Below, piece by piece: positions 11,638 to 24,738 of a stretch of 64,000 nt of DNA; position 1 is the stretch's first letter; each line of letters begins with the position of its first letter. Origin of the DNA: Octopus vulgaris. Taxonomy: Eukaryota. The position numbers and the translations under genes were made by a program. The notes below the pieces were generated by a model. It ran no database searches. It had not been told where the DNA came from and worked only from the letters and a program-made list of their open reading frames with translations. The DNA lies in contig OX597815.1 of NCBI GenBank assembly GCA_951406725.2, positions 93,806,001 to 93,870,000 of the forward strand. The letters are read 5' to 3'.

Positions 11638-11931
11638 TGTGGGATGACGTCAGCAGCTAGACGTCAGCAGCCGGGTGCGTTGACCGGAAGCTGGGGCAAC
11701 CGGAAGGGGTCAGCTGTCAGGCGTGCGCAGGGAGCGGGGAATTGCGCCCTTTCCAACGTGGGTCATGCAGGTGACAAGACGTGTGAGGACGTCGCTAAGG
11801 GTTTGGGCTAGCAGCTGCTATTGTTAGTGTTCGGGTCGGGGCTGTGTGGAAGGACTAGTCACCACTGGAGGGTCTCCGTCACTAAGAAGAGAAGGTAGGT
11901 GCCTCTATATTCAAATCGTGCACACACTACA
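11638..11931 (+). repeat. 3' LTR, family A copy 1
   Basis: Direct repeat of the 5' LTR with about 10 substitutions. Preceded by purine-rich AAGATCAGGGTGGCG. Confidence 0.97.
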
Positions 11932-12049
11932 CTTATGAGTGGGAATAATAATTACTCACCATGGGGCGAGTTGGGGGAAGGGGACTATAATCACTTAGGT
12001 GCAGATTTGAATTTGATAAATCAATTAAGTGGTCGTTGTTATTACATTA

Positions 12050-12380
12050 AGCATGGACTTTCTGCTTTCTGCTTGTTCCAAAGAAAGGAGGAGCATTCAG
12101 TGATCTGCTTTTCGTGAGCTGAAGGTGTATCAAGGATTGAAATCCATCAAAGACTTTTCGCACAATATAGAAACAGAGCATAGGTTCGAGAACTTGTCTA
12201 CAAATGGATTGAAAAATTTTGAAACTAGTTGCATAAGTGTCCTGCATCAAGAAGGAGCCAAATCCTTAGCCATGCCTTGTGTTGATGACATTGAATGAGT
12301 CCTTGATATGGTTCTGTTGAATAGACAAGTGAGTATTGATGAAGTAACAAATAATATATAAATCAGCCATGGTTGTAACT
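12050..12380 (+). mobile_element. Degenerate mariner transposase N-terminal fragment
   Basis: Translates roughly to KEEHSVICFS*AEGVSRIEIHQRLFAQY (mariner HTH start, EQRSVIRFL-like) with stops. Confidence 0.55.
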
Positions 12381-13029
12381 ATAAATCAACATAAACATAA
12401 TGACAAATTAATTGACATATCAAGATCAAACCTGCATTGTAGTGACTAGAGAGAAGTCACATCAAGAGATGTTTATGCAACTAATTTTCCCACCAGTTCC
12501 CACTTCCCAAATCTATTCACAAGGCTTTGGTTGTCCAGGGACTGTAGTAGGAGACACTTGTCCAAGATAACATGCTTTGGGACCAAACCTACAACCATGT
12601 CATTAAGAAACAACAAACTTCTCAATCACACAGCCATGCTGCACCCATACACACACAGACACACACACACACACAAACAAACACACACATATGTAGGCAA
12701 TTATGTGTATAAACAAATTAAACTTCTCTGCATCATGATCTGAAATGTAAGATTTTGTTTCTACCCTGATGATGGAGGCTTGAATTATCCAGTGTTTATT
12801 TGCTTCCACTACAGGCTGTATATTTTGGTGAACAACATATACCAACATTAGGATGGATCTCCAAACCCCCAGAAACAGTTGTTGGTTTTGCAACACCTTC
12901 TCTCCCCCACTTCAATTTTCTCTGTCGTTTGTATGCTGTGTAAGTTCGATTTATTGATATGTGAATATCTATATATTTATACTTAAATATTCATCATCTG
13001 AAATCTTCAGTCTTCGCTTTCTTTTTGTT

Positions 13030-14414
13030 TACAGAGGTATCAAGCTGTTGGATCAGGTAATGAAGGTTACGGAGAGGGTCATAGCCCAACTAATTAGAGA
13101 GAGAGTTAGTTTAGATGAGATGCAGTTTGGGTTCGTGCCAGGGAAGAGTACCACTAATGCTATATTCCTGGTAAGGCAGCTGCAGGAGAAATACCTAGCA
13201 AAAGATAAGTCCCTGTACCTGGCTTTCATTGACATGGAGAAAGCTTTCGACAGGGTCCCCCAATCCCTTATCTGGGATAGTTTTTGTATGTGGCAGATGC
13301 TCAGGAGCAATAAACACTGAAAATGCTCTGAGAGCACTTCCGCCACATTGCAGGAAGAAAAACTAGAAATAGTTGATAGCTTCCGTTACCTAGGTGACCA
13401 AGTCAGTAGCGGGGGCGGGTGTGCTGAAAGTGTAACTGCTAGAGTAAGAATAGCTTGGGCAAAGTTCAGAGAGCTCTTACCTCTGCTGGTGACAAAAGGC
13501 CTCTCGCACAGAGTAAAAGGCAGACTGTATGACGCATGTGTACGAACAGCCATGCTACATGGCAGTGAAACATGGGCCATGACTGCTGAGGATATGCGTA
13601 AGCTCGCAAGAAATGAAGCCAGTATGCTCCGATGGATGTGTAATATCAGTGTTCATACTTGCTAGAGTGTAAGTACCTTGAGAGAAAAGTTGGACCTAAG
13701 AAGCATCAGTTGTGGTGTGCAAGAGACGTTTGCGCTAGTATGGTTCATGTGGTGAGAATGGATGAAGATAATTGTGTGAAAAAGTGCCACACCCTAGCAG
13801 TTGAGGAAACCTGTGGAAGAGGCAGACCCAGGAAAACCTGGCATGAGGTGGTGAAGCACGACCTTCGAACTTTAGGTCTCACCGAGGAAATGACTAGAGA
13901 CCGAGACCTTTGGAAGTATGCTGTGCATGAGAAGACCAGGCAGGACAAGTGAGACCATAACCCGTGGCCTCTACCTGGGATGTAGCCAATCCACTTATGC
14001 ATACCTTTCTTTCTTGGGACACAAAACTCTACTTGTGAAGACCTGTTGAGGCAAGTGAAAATCAAAATCGATCTACATCAACAGAAATTGCAGCTGCGAT
14101 ACCAGTGCCGGTGGTACGTAAGAAAACCATCCGAACGTGGCCGTTGCCAGTGCCACCCTGACTGGCCTCATGCCGGTGGCACGTAAAAAGCACCATCCAA
14201 TTGTGGCCGTTTGCTAGCCTTGTCTGGCACCTGTGCCGGTGGCACGTAAAAAGCACCCACTACACTCACAGAGTGGTTGGCGTTAGGAAGGGCATCCAGC
14301 CGTAGAAACATTGCCAGATCAGACTGGGCCTGGTGTAGCCTTCTGGCTTCCCAGACCCCAGTTGAACCGTCCAACCCATGCTAGCATGGAAAGCGGACGC
14401 TAAACGATGATGAT
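13030..14414 (+). mobile_element. RTE-clade LINE, internally deleted, with intact 3' UTR/tail
   Basis: YRGIKLL...QFGFVPGKSTT...AFIDMEKAFDRVP is fused directly to the post-RT part (LEIVDSFRYLG...HGSETW...RGRPRKTW). Tail CCATGCTAGCATGGAAAGCGGACGCTAAACGATGATGAT. Confidence 0.92.
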
Positions 14415-14479
14415 ATATATATAGATAAAATTTACTTGGAAATGGATGCGTGGCGTTTGATCATATGATAATATAAATA

Positions 14480-14595
<116 letters not shown>

Positions 14596-14891
14596 GCGAC
14601 TTCATTAAAACAGTCCTTCCCGCAAAGCAAATTAAATAAAATTTGGGATTTTTTGCGTAGGGTCAAAGTGGTAACAAAAACAAGATGGTATATATATAGA
14701 TTATTTATATTATTATATATATATATTGTATATCAAATTCAAGTTGTTATTTTTAATTTGTTCATCCGCATAATTACCTCCATATCTGCTCACTTGGATT
14801 CCTGCAGAATTGGTCCCTGGTAAAGACATCAGAGTCTAAGTTTGAATCATTTGAGTGCTACCAAGTTTGCTCTATACCAAGAACCTGCACT

Positions 14892-15798
14892 GCCAATTGG
14901 GAAGCTTTCAGTCTTATCGTTAAAGGTATGAAACTGAAAAGTACCATTGGTCGATAACTGATGAAGAATTATGAACTTTCTATTTGTCTCCCGTTTGTTT
15001 TTACATTCAGTATACATTATGTTGTTTGTTTATACATTTTTCATTTATCAAGTAATGGAAAACAACACACATCGAATTTGTATTAACAACTAAGTTTTAT
15101 ATATACCCTTGTGACTCTCTCTCTCTCGCTCTCTTGCCTTCATTCTTTTCCCTTTTCTTTCTCTCACCTTGTCACTTCTATTCTACATACTCTTTCTCTC
15201 TCTCCCTCTTATACTCCTAACCTTTCCCCTCTTATATTCCTAGCCTTTCTTCCTCTTGTATTCCTAGCTTTTCTCCTTCCTCTTCATCCACTTCCCCTTT
15301 TTTCTCTGTCATTCTCTCTCCCTGCTGTCTATCTCCTCTGCTTGCAGCTGTCATGTGACCAGCAGCCATTTCCTCTTTTTCTTCCTTTCTTAGACTGGTC
15401 CGTAAGCTGATCAATCGCAAATTCTGTCTCTCCATTCTCCAGCGTTCAAAACATGGTCTAAGAGTTACCCACTATTCTCGTCTTCTTGGCCCCGAGGCCG
15501 TATTTTGTTTGACTGTTTGTCCTTGCCCACCGTCCTAGATCACACTCTGTGTCATTTTGCTTGTTTTGTTTGCTCTTATCCCTAATTCTACACAAGAAAA
15601 CTATTCTTTTGCAGTCTCCGCCAATTGGGAAGCATTCAGTCTTATCATTAAAGGTGCAAAACTGAAAAGCATCATTGGTCGATAACTGTTGAATTATGGA
15701 CTTTCTGTTTGTCTCCCATTTGTTTTTACATTCAGTATACGTTATGTCATTTGTTTACACATTTTCATTTATCAAGTAATGGAATGCATCACACACCG

Positions 15799-15802
<4 letters not shown>
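14892..15802. repeat. Diverged ~185-bp direct repeat pair (14892-15078 and 15620-15802)
   Basis: Both copies begin GCCAATTGGGAAGC and end ACACAYCGAATT. Confidence 0.85.
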
Positions 15803-15883
<81 letters not shown>

Positions 15884-15885
<2 letters not shown>

Positions 15886-16037
15886 TATTTGCAAAGGGAA
15901 ACCATCGTTCCTATCTCCAGCCTGACATGATACACACGGACCCGAGTTTCTGGATATTGATTCGTCATCAGAAACTCAGGTCCATGTATATCACATCAGG
16001 CTGGAGACGGGAACAATGGTTTCCTTTCGCAAATACT
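15884..16037. repeat. ~150-bp foldback (inverted repeat) element next to a (TA)n tract
   Basis: AGTATTTGCAAAGGGAAACCAT...GAGTTTCTG pairs with CAGAAACTC...ATGGTTTCCTTTCGCAAATACT around a ~16-nt loop. Confidence 0.9.
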
Positions 16038-17218
16038 GACAGTGTGTCAAAAGCCAGCTGGAAGAGATGTCTTCCTGGGACTATAAACTACAGTAGCATC
16101 ATCCCTTTATGGTCAGCCACATTTAGGTGGCAAATATACCTCGCAATGTCGTGCTGCTACTGTTTACATCTTGCTCAGTTCTGTCTGTTGTGTACACACG
16201 AATTTATGGAAATCTTAAAAGTCAAAACAATATTGCTCAATGACGAACGAAAAATTAAATGCAAACATAGGATAAATTGTTTAATTAATAAGATGAGTTA
16301 AAATTAAATTCTTTAGTAAATAAACTAAACCTTATTTATAAGGTATGAAAACTCAGTCATGCTTTTTTAGATAAAGTTATAATTATAATTATATACTAGC
16401 TGTTATTTACTAGAAAGTAGCACTTAGTCATACAAAAATATATTATATTAATTGGTTAATTTACGATACTTTAGATTTTTAATTAAATTGTTAGCCATAC
16501 GTTACACAATTGTAATTGTAATTGAAATTTTTAAACTTAAATTTTGAAATTTAGTTTAAATGGAACATCAAATATTTAAGAATAATAATATAAATAATAG
16601 ATATTAAATAATATAAAACATAACTCTTATGTATCCCAAAATATTCGAATTGAGATTGGCTGTTTGCTATAATTCATAGATTGAATAAAATAAACAACGA
16701 TAAAAGTGGCTTGTTCCCATGATGCATTCATTTCCAATTCCCCTGACCGTACTATATAAAGGAATAGATACACCAGTAGAACTTTCTGACATTTATCTGT
16801 AGTACCTTCTATACATAGGTATTATCAAGTACGGATTTTACCTTATTGCAAGATGTAGCTATGCCTAATTTTTGCCAAGGAAAGAAAAGATAAGTTAACA
16901 TTCGTTTTATTTTCGTCTCTATTTTTATTTCATTATTTTTTCATCATTATTTCATTTTTATTTCGTATTTGTTTATTTGTGATTCTTTATTCGTTATTCG
17001 TAACTTTTATCCGTAATTTTTACTTATATGTTTTTCTCTTTAAATTTTTTTCCTTAAATGTTTATTCCTTGAATTTTTATTCCTTAAATCTATACTCCTT
17101 AAATTTTTAATATCCAGTTATTATTTTTATTTATTATTTATATTTCTATTCATTTGTATATGTTAAGATATAGAGTATCATGGAGGTATATAAGGTAGTG
17201 AAAAATGTTGAGGAATCC

Positions 17219-17318
17219 AGACCTGAAGACTGGGAGTATGTCGACCTGATTAAGCATTGAAACTAGATACCTCGTATCTAATCAATACTGACGTTCTTTC
17301 ATGAAACACGTGTAGTCT
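17219..17318 (+). ncRNA. Putative type I hammerhead ribozyme (Penelope-type) with long stem II
   Basis: AGAC-CTGAAGA-[stem II TGGGAGTATGTC/GACGTTCTTTCA]-GAAAC-ACGT-GTA-GTCT. Both core boxes, palindromic loop III, GUA cleavage triplet and a 4-bp stem I are present. Confidence 0.6.
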
Positions 17319-17578
17319 TATAAACAGTAAATACGGGATTCAGAATAGATATAGTTAGTATAAGATTTAAAATTCAACATTTTATTGAGTGGTAGGGTAT
17401 AAAATCTTTCAAAGTTGAGTGAGTTGAAGGTGGTTCTGTCTCTAAAACTACTTTTATATATATGAATTAAACATTGAGAGATGTTCATTTTAGCACATCT
17501 AATCTGAATGTCTTTTTCTTGTGTAATCAGAAGTAATAATCCCTAATAATTATAATATATATATATATACATGCATGT

Positions 17579-17612
<34 letters not shown>

Positions 17613-19384
17613 TTATTTATTTATTTATATATATATAGAAACAAGAGACGTACAGGAACAGTACTTTAAAGTAAAGATTATTTGCCATCATAATGTGGCA
17701 GTCCTGGTTGGGATGAATGTTACTGTTGCTTTTGCCTCGGCTTTGATGAGGAGTATTATTGACCTTGGAACTTGTCTTTTTCAAATTAATACTTTGATCT
17801 AATTGCTCAATAAATTAAGCCCTATGCTATTGTTTCTTGAAAAGAGTTCACCTCTATAATTTTTCAGTACTTATCATCATCATCATCACGATCATCATCA
17901 TCATTTAACATCTGTGTTCTATGCTAGTATGGGTGGGACAGTACCACAAGAGCCGGCCAGGCCAAAGCCTGCACCAGACTTCTGTGACTTTTGGCAAGAT
18001 TTTTACAGCTGGATGCCCTTCCTAATACCAACCACTCAGCAGAGTGGACCTAATGCTTTTTAGGTGGCACAAGCACAGGCAAAGTGAGTAGTGCTTTTTA
18101 CGTGGCAGAAGCACAGGCAAGGTCAGTTTTGGCAAGGTTTTTACGTCTGGATGCCCTTCTGAACACCAACCACTTTACAGTGTGGACTGGGTGCTTTTAA
18201 GTGGCACCTGCACTGACAAGGTCACCAAGTACTCGAAAAACAAAAACTTTTAAGAGGCAAAGAGGCATTGGAGGAGGTTATGATGAAAAGGTTATAGTGA
18301 GACAGATAGAGGTGTCTTGCTGTAGAGGAAGTACAAGGTTACCTGGCTGGAGAGAGAAAGATCAGGAATGAAGACAGAAACAGATGTGCTACTGTAAAGA
18401 AAATACACGGTTGCCCGCCCTGAGGGAAATGCAGAAGGAGAGAGAGAAAGAATGGGAGACTGCAGAATGGAGACGGTGGCAAAATGCTGGGCATACTCAC
18501 AAGGAACGGGATAAGAGTATAAATGAGATGGTTGAGTAAAGGAAGAGAGAGAGAGATAGATAGTGACAAGTACCAGCGCATATCCTTGAGGTTCAAATGC
18601 CATAAGTGACAGCATATTGTGAAGGGAGTGTGAGTAAATGGTGAAAGACCTGGGTATATATAGGGTTGGAGGGGGCTACTGAATAGCAATGATAGAGAGT
18701 AAGGACTGGGGAGTGAGAGCTAGGCATAGTGAATGAAGGAGGGAATGTGTGAAAAGAGAAGAGATCTAGATTGGTTAGTTGGGATAGGAGGACGGGAAAG
18801 TTTTCTTGTTACATGTGGGTGGAACACCCAGGATAGGTGCTAGCAGATGGCAATAATAGAGTGAGACAAGGCATGTGAGTAGAACCCACAGGTCGGGGGA
18901 AAGCAGAGAGCAATGATACAGTGGCAACGGGCCAAGAGGACAAGATTCAGGAGTGGGAGGTAATCACAGTACATGAAAGGGAAATGCTCGATTTCGGTTA
19001 AGCGTTCTGTATCTAGTTCTGGAAATTGTGTTTTGTAAGTGACAGACTACGCTGATGATCTTGCAGATATCTGCATGTTTGCATACATAGATATTAACAA
19101 GTGAAACCATTGGTACATAGGTAATCGTTTTTTATTTCGTATATTTTCATTTGTCTTGCTCATTTTTACATTTTGGCATTTTGCTGAGATTTTTCTTGAC
19201 AACACATTCTTTGTGGTAATGGCGATTTGACATCTATGTTTAGCATATTAGATGTACACTTTAGTGGACATTCCTCTTAATTTTGTATGTAACGCAATTT
19301 TTAATCATCGGATTTTTTAAATATGCTAAGCCACTGGTTTTAATTGATTAATATTAATTTCTACCCTTATTATTTAATCATATG

Positions 19385-19438
<54 letters not shown>

Positions 19439-20149
19439 TGTGTGTGTGTATAGAAATATAATGCAAGTGTTAATGTGTATGCTACAACACAATACTTAGC
19501 ATAAAATTCTTATATAATACCCACTTCCAAAGATAATTATGTTACCTTGGTAGCATAATCAGATTATGTTTTCTAGGTAATTATTGTGAGACAACATTCT
19601 GAACAGTTGAAAGACTTCATTTCAGAACTGATTTTATTGCTAGCTATTAGAACTGAATAACTAATAAATTACTTATGTAATTTTGTTTATGAGTTTTCCT
19701 TTTAAAAATTTTAAATATTATGTATTTGTTTGTTAAGTCACGAGTACTTCATCCTATACACACACATGAACATATAATGTGGCAGAAACTATTTATTAAA
19801 ATTACACATAATGTTGCCAAATATTTATTGTTATCAAAACTAATGGGTTTGAAACACATTTAAAATGACTTTAAAATGTTCTGCTTATTAGAAACACAGC
19901 TCCAGATATTGTTCTCAAAATTTTCTCATGTAAACTGCTACACAACTATTATTATTACTCTATTCATATATTACCGCTAATCACTATCAAAATCAAAGCA
20001 ACAAACACACTAGTTATGAGATGTGGAAGGTGTAGGGTGATGGTGGTGGAGGAATCATTTATGTTGGTGCTGCCAGTACTTATGTTAAATTGTTCAGTAT
20101 GGTGTATGCATGTGAAGACACATACAAACACACACACATATATATAAAA

Positions 20150-21508
20150 TACATCTTATAGAAACTCCATAAGATGTACCTGGTGTAAACTATGGACACA
20201 TATATGTAAGCTATAGACACATATATACGTAAACCATGGACACATATATGTATAAAATATATTTTATAGAAACTCCATAAGATGTACCCGGTGTAAGCTG
20301 TAGACACATAAGAGATACAGCAATATCAAAGGAAGATTGACTAGTTTTTGTGTGAGAGAGATGCACAGGTGCAATAAACACCAAAAATGTACAGAAAACA
20401 CAGCCCATCACATGCCAGGGGGAAAATCTAGAATTAGTTGATAGCTTCTACTACCTTGGCCACCAAGTCAGTAGTGGGAGTGGATGCTCTGAGAGCATAG
20501 CTGCTAGAATAAGTGTGGGTTGGGCAAAGTTCAGAAAGCTCCTACCTCTTCTGGTAACAAAGAGCCTCTCACTCAGAGTGAAATGTAGACTATATGATGC
20601 CTGTGTGTGAACAGCTATGCTACACAGTAGTGAAACATGGTCTGTGACTGCTGAGGACATGCGTAGACTTGAAAGAAATGAAGCTAGTATGCTTCGCTGA
20701 TGTGTAATGTCAGTGTGCATGCACGACAGAGAGTGAGCATCCTAAGAGAAAAGTTGGACATAAGAAGCATCAGCTGTGGTGTGCGAGCTGATGACTGTGT
20801 TGGTATAGTCATGAGATGTGTATGTATGAGGACAGCTGTGTGAAGAAATGTCACACTCAAACAGTGCAGGGAACCTGTAGAAGAGGTAGACCCTGGAAGA
20901 TGTGGGATGAGGTGGTGAAGCACGACCTTCAAATGTTGGGCTTCACAGAGGCAATGACAAGCAACCGAGACCTTTGAAGATATGCCATGCTTGAGGAGAT
21001 TCAGCAAGCCAAGTGAGGTCGTAGTTGTGGCCGATGCCTGTGTTGCATAACTGGCTCATTAAAAGCACCCTCAATCGTTGGGTAATATGCCATGCTTGTG
21101 AAGACCTGCTGAACCAAATGAAATTGATGCGGTAACTGATGCCAGTGCCAGTCTCACATAAAAAGCATCATTTGAGTGTGGCCAATGCCTGTGACATGTA
21201 AAAAACACCATTTGAGTGTGGCCGATGCCAGTGTCATCTGACTGGTACCTGTGCCGGTGATACATAAAAAGCACTATTCAAGCGTGGCTGATACCAGTAC
21301 CACCTGACTGGCTCCCATACTGGTGGTATGTAAAAAGTACCCACCACACTCTCAGAGTGGTTGCCATTAGGAAAGGCTTCCAGCTGTAGAAACCTTGCCA
21401 AATTAGAATGAGGCCTGGTGCAGCCTCCTGGCTTACCAGTTCTCAGACAAACTGTCCAATACATACAAGCATGGAAAGCAGATGTTAAACAACGATGATG
21501 ATGATGAT
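20150..21508 (+). mobile_element. 5'-truncated RTE-clade LINE
   Basis: Same C-terminal RTE coding remnant and the same 3' tail (...AAACAACGATGATGATGATG) as 13030-14414. Its 5' end contains a local tandem duplication. Confidence 0.88.
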
Positions 21509-21519
21509 ATATTATCATT

Positions 21520-21840
21520 TACTTCTTACAGTCCAACCTTATTGGGGTGCCCTTGATGGGTTTAGTCAAGCAGATCAACCCCCAATACTTAATTTTTAAG
21601 TATGGTACTTACTTTATCAGGCTCTTTGCTGTACCGCTAAATTACAGAGATGTAAACAAACCAACACTGATTATCAAGTGATAATATATGACAGGCCTCT
21701 TTCAGTTTCTGCCTACCAAATCCACTTACAAAGGCTTTGGGCAGCCTGAGACTATAATAGAAGACACTTGCCCAAGGAGCAATGCAGTGGGTCTGAACCC
21801 AGAACCATATGGTTGGGAAGCAAGCTTCTTACCACACAGC
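21520..21840 (-). mobile_element. tRNA-derived SINE
   Basis: Minus strand begins GCTGTGTGGTAAGAAGCTTGCTTCCCAACCATATGGTTCTGGGTTCAGACCC (A/B-box-like). Related copies near 761-900, 12480-12640, 43150-43350 and 48256-48430. Confidence 0.7.
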
Positions 21841-24343
21841 TTTTTTTTTTTTTAACAGAAATGTTTCTTCCATCATTTTTAAGTGCATAGTGCCCAGAAA
21901 ATCGATCAAAATCAGTCCAGGATGGGGTAAAAAAAACTGTGTGTAGTGCCTGAAAAATTGACCAAAATTGGTTGGTGTGGGGGAACTACAAAACATCATT
22001 TATCAAAAAAGTTACTCCCTGTCATTTCCAAGAGCACTGGAGCACCACGAAAAAAAAAGATCTAAAAAATCCCGGCCAAAATGGGGAAATTCCAACTTGT
22101 GTGTGCTACCTATCACTGACATCTACCACTATGAAAAACATCACTGAAGCACAGTTCCAATAATCAGGATATTATTAAGCAAATATTGCTGTATATCAAC
22201 TAACAATACTACATAGGTAATATATGGATTCTGATGTTGAACTGTAATATGGAAATGATTTTATTAAGCCAACTGTTTTGTTTGTACCTATACACTTTTG
22301 TTTAAATACAGAAAAGAACATGAAACAAAGATATGATAGCTTATTTTTTAGAAAATAGCAGGTTACTAATAAAATACATCATCATCATTTAACATTCATG
22401 TTCTATGCTTGCATCATTGGATGATTTTACAGGATCCAACAGGTCCAAAGACTGCATAGCATGTACTTCTCCAGTGCATGTATCACATACAGAACTTGCA
22501 CTCTCTGTTAGTCTGCCTATGATTCCACTTCACCTCCTGTATGTTCCAGCATATGGAGTTTATCTATACTTTTCTGCAAACTAAGCAAGGTCATTTCCCT
22601 GAGGATACCAGGCACCTGCCTTCTTTCCTACTCACAAAAACCTTCGTCTCGACTCAGTTTACCTTCAAACCTCTTAATTCTGTTTAGCTGCCAAGCCTGG
22701 AATTTCCTCTCAGTTAACATACAGTTTACTAAGTAATATTCTGAAAGTAAATTGTCCTTTAAAAATGAAAGTATATAGAGACAGAAACCATAAGTGACAA
22801 CCAGCTCCATCACATGACTCTTAAAAGTCCCCTACAACTATATTACAAATTTCAATAAGTAAAACTTTCAGGAATTAATGAAAGAGCACTTTTATAATCC
22901 AGGCAACTTTCAAAGACAAACATGGAGCACTTTTTGCTTTGTAAGATCATTGATCAGTTCAGAATAATCAAGGTGAAAGCTAATTTTGTGTTCAATAAAT
23001 ATCGTAGACAATCCACAAAGTCTGGTACATGTTTGTTGTACAATGTAATTCTTTTACAAGAACTTCTGCAGGTACAATGTATTACCATTTTATTTCTTGA
23101 AATTTTCAGTTAGCATAGATAGTTTAATTCTTGTTCGACATCTTAACCAAAGTAAATAGATGACTTATCTACGTACTTTGATCTCAACATAGGGCCCTTC
23201 AACCATGGAGGCCACCTGTGACTGCAGGGGTTGCAGGAGCTTAATGATGGTCCTGGTGACAACACTGATAAGCCAAAATTTCATGAACTACGTTTGATAT
23301 CAGATGGAGGATTTTCTATGTAGAACTTGTCAACCATTCACTCAATTTTGTTGATCCAAGTGATGACAGCAACATACACAGACAATAGGAGGGTGATGAA
23401 TGCTCGACAGGAAGATTAGGTAACAATATGGGAAGAGCAATGATTTATTTACATCATCTTCATGAGCATATGGGGAGAAACAAATTCAGAGATCATGAAA
23501 AACTTTACAAATCTCTTTTCTTGTAGCAATGACTGTTATGCTTTCCCATAAATGTGATTGTTTTTATCTCTTATTATAAAAGGCAGATTTTATCTGCCTC
23601 CCTTTGTAAGTTATAGAAATCTACAATATAGGATTTCTTCAATTACAATTTACCTAGCATTTTTAAGAGTAGAATGCATCGGGTCATGCCAGGTCCAGTT
23701 TTTAAAATTTAAACTCCAATTAAGCAAAATTTACAGAAAACTCACATTCTGGTGTGTATGTCAAATGCTTTTCTTAGTCTGGTTTACAGCACACACAAAC
23801 ACACAGTGTGCAACGAATAAAGTGAAACTAGATGTAATATTTGTTTCTGTCTATCACGCTGATAGATACATGAGTAAAATGTATGGGAAGCTAACAGATA
23901 AGAGTGAGTGAAAATGTTCTTGGAAGAGAGTAAATTAGCGACAGAGTGATTTGAGGAAGACTAAACTGAAAGTATGAAACAGTGTTTATGTATAAACAGA
24001 CGACACTTATATAAACCCTTTCGTTACCAAACCGCCCGAATTTACCTATTCATATTTAAATGAGAATATCAGAGTAAATCTCTTTAGTAAATTCGTGAAA
24101 ACACGTATTATACTTCGTAAACACTTCAAATACAGTTTTGTTACAAAAATCGAAGTGTAATTTTAATTCCGTGAATTATGGGAGATTTTTTTCCGAAATT
24201 TGTTCCTATTGTGTTTTCAAAATTTGTAATTCTGACAAAAAATGGATACGAATTTCATTATATCAAGCAGCGAGTCAGAATTCGAAGGATTTTCTACTGA
24301 AGACCTTCATAAATCTAACTCTATGACTGAAAAAAAAAAAGCA

Positions 24344-24738
24344 TCTTTATATAAGAGTGAAGTTGTGTGTCTGTCCCCTTCGATTTAGATTCGTAACTAC
24401 TCCCACATTTTGCGGTGCAGTTTAACCAAAAGCGGGTATCTTATAGTCGTGATTCATATCGAGCCCTTCTGGGTATTAGCGCGCGTCTACGATGAGTCTA
24501 CGATTTTTAAAAAATTTACCATCATATTTTTCCATTTTAATGCATTTTTTTCGCTTTTATATAAGGGAAGTTACTCTCTAAAAATATCTACGATGTGTCA
24601 ACGATTTTTTTAAAAAAATTACCTTAATTTTTTTCAATTTTTAATGCATTTTTTTGCTATTTTTTGGCTATAACTCTCTAAAAATGCTTATATAGTTATT
24701 TCCCTTACAACCCGAGCAACGCCGGGCGATACTGCTAG
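24344..24738 (+). mobile_element. Non-autonomous Helitron
   Basis: A|TC 5' end; 3' hairpin CCCGAGCAACGCCGGG followed by CTAG|T; no TSD. Confidence 0.8.

Larger units (their letters stand above)
8135..11931 (+). mobile_element. Ty3/Gypsy LTR retrotransposon, family A copy 1 (defective; RNase H deleted)
   Basis: 294-bp TG...CA LTRs at 8135-8428 and 11638-11931. 5-bp TSD CTTAT (8130-8134, 11932-11936). Domain order gag-PR-RT-IN. Visibly GC-rich compared with flanks. Confidence 0.97.

Noticed and set aside
11614-11811. 65-aa ORF running from the pol end into the 3' LTR, also present in copy 2 (52486-52683)
   Set aside because: Non-ATG start, no env-like or other motif. The copies are too similar for shared openness to be informative.
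14100-14260. Regularly spaced repeats resembling a CRISPR array
   Set aside because: Eukaryotic context, spacers are related to each other, the repeats are part of the RTE 3' UTR, and there are no cas genes.
22870-23035. Minus-strand peptide TRLCGLSTIFIEHKISFHLDYSELINDL resembling a hAT dimerisation domain end
   Set aside because: Short, with no TIRs or further transposase sequence identified.
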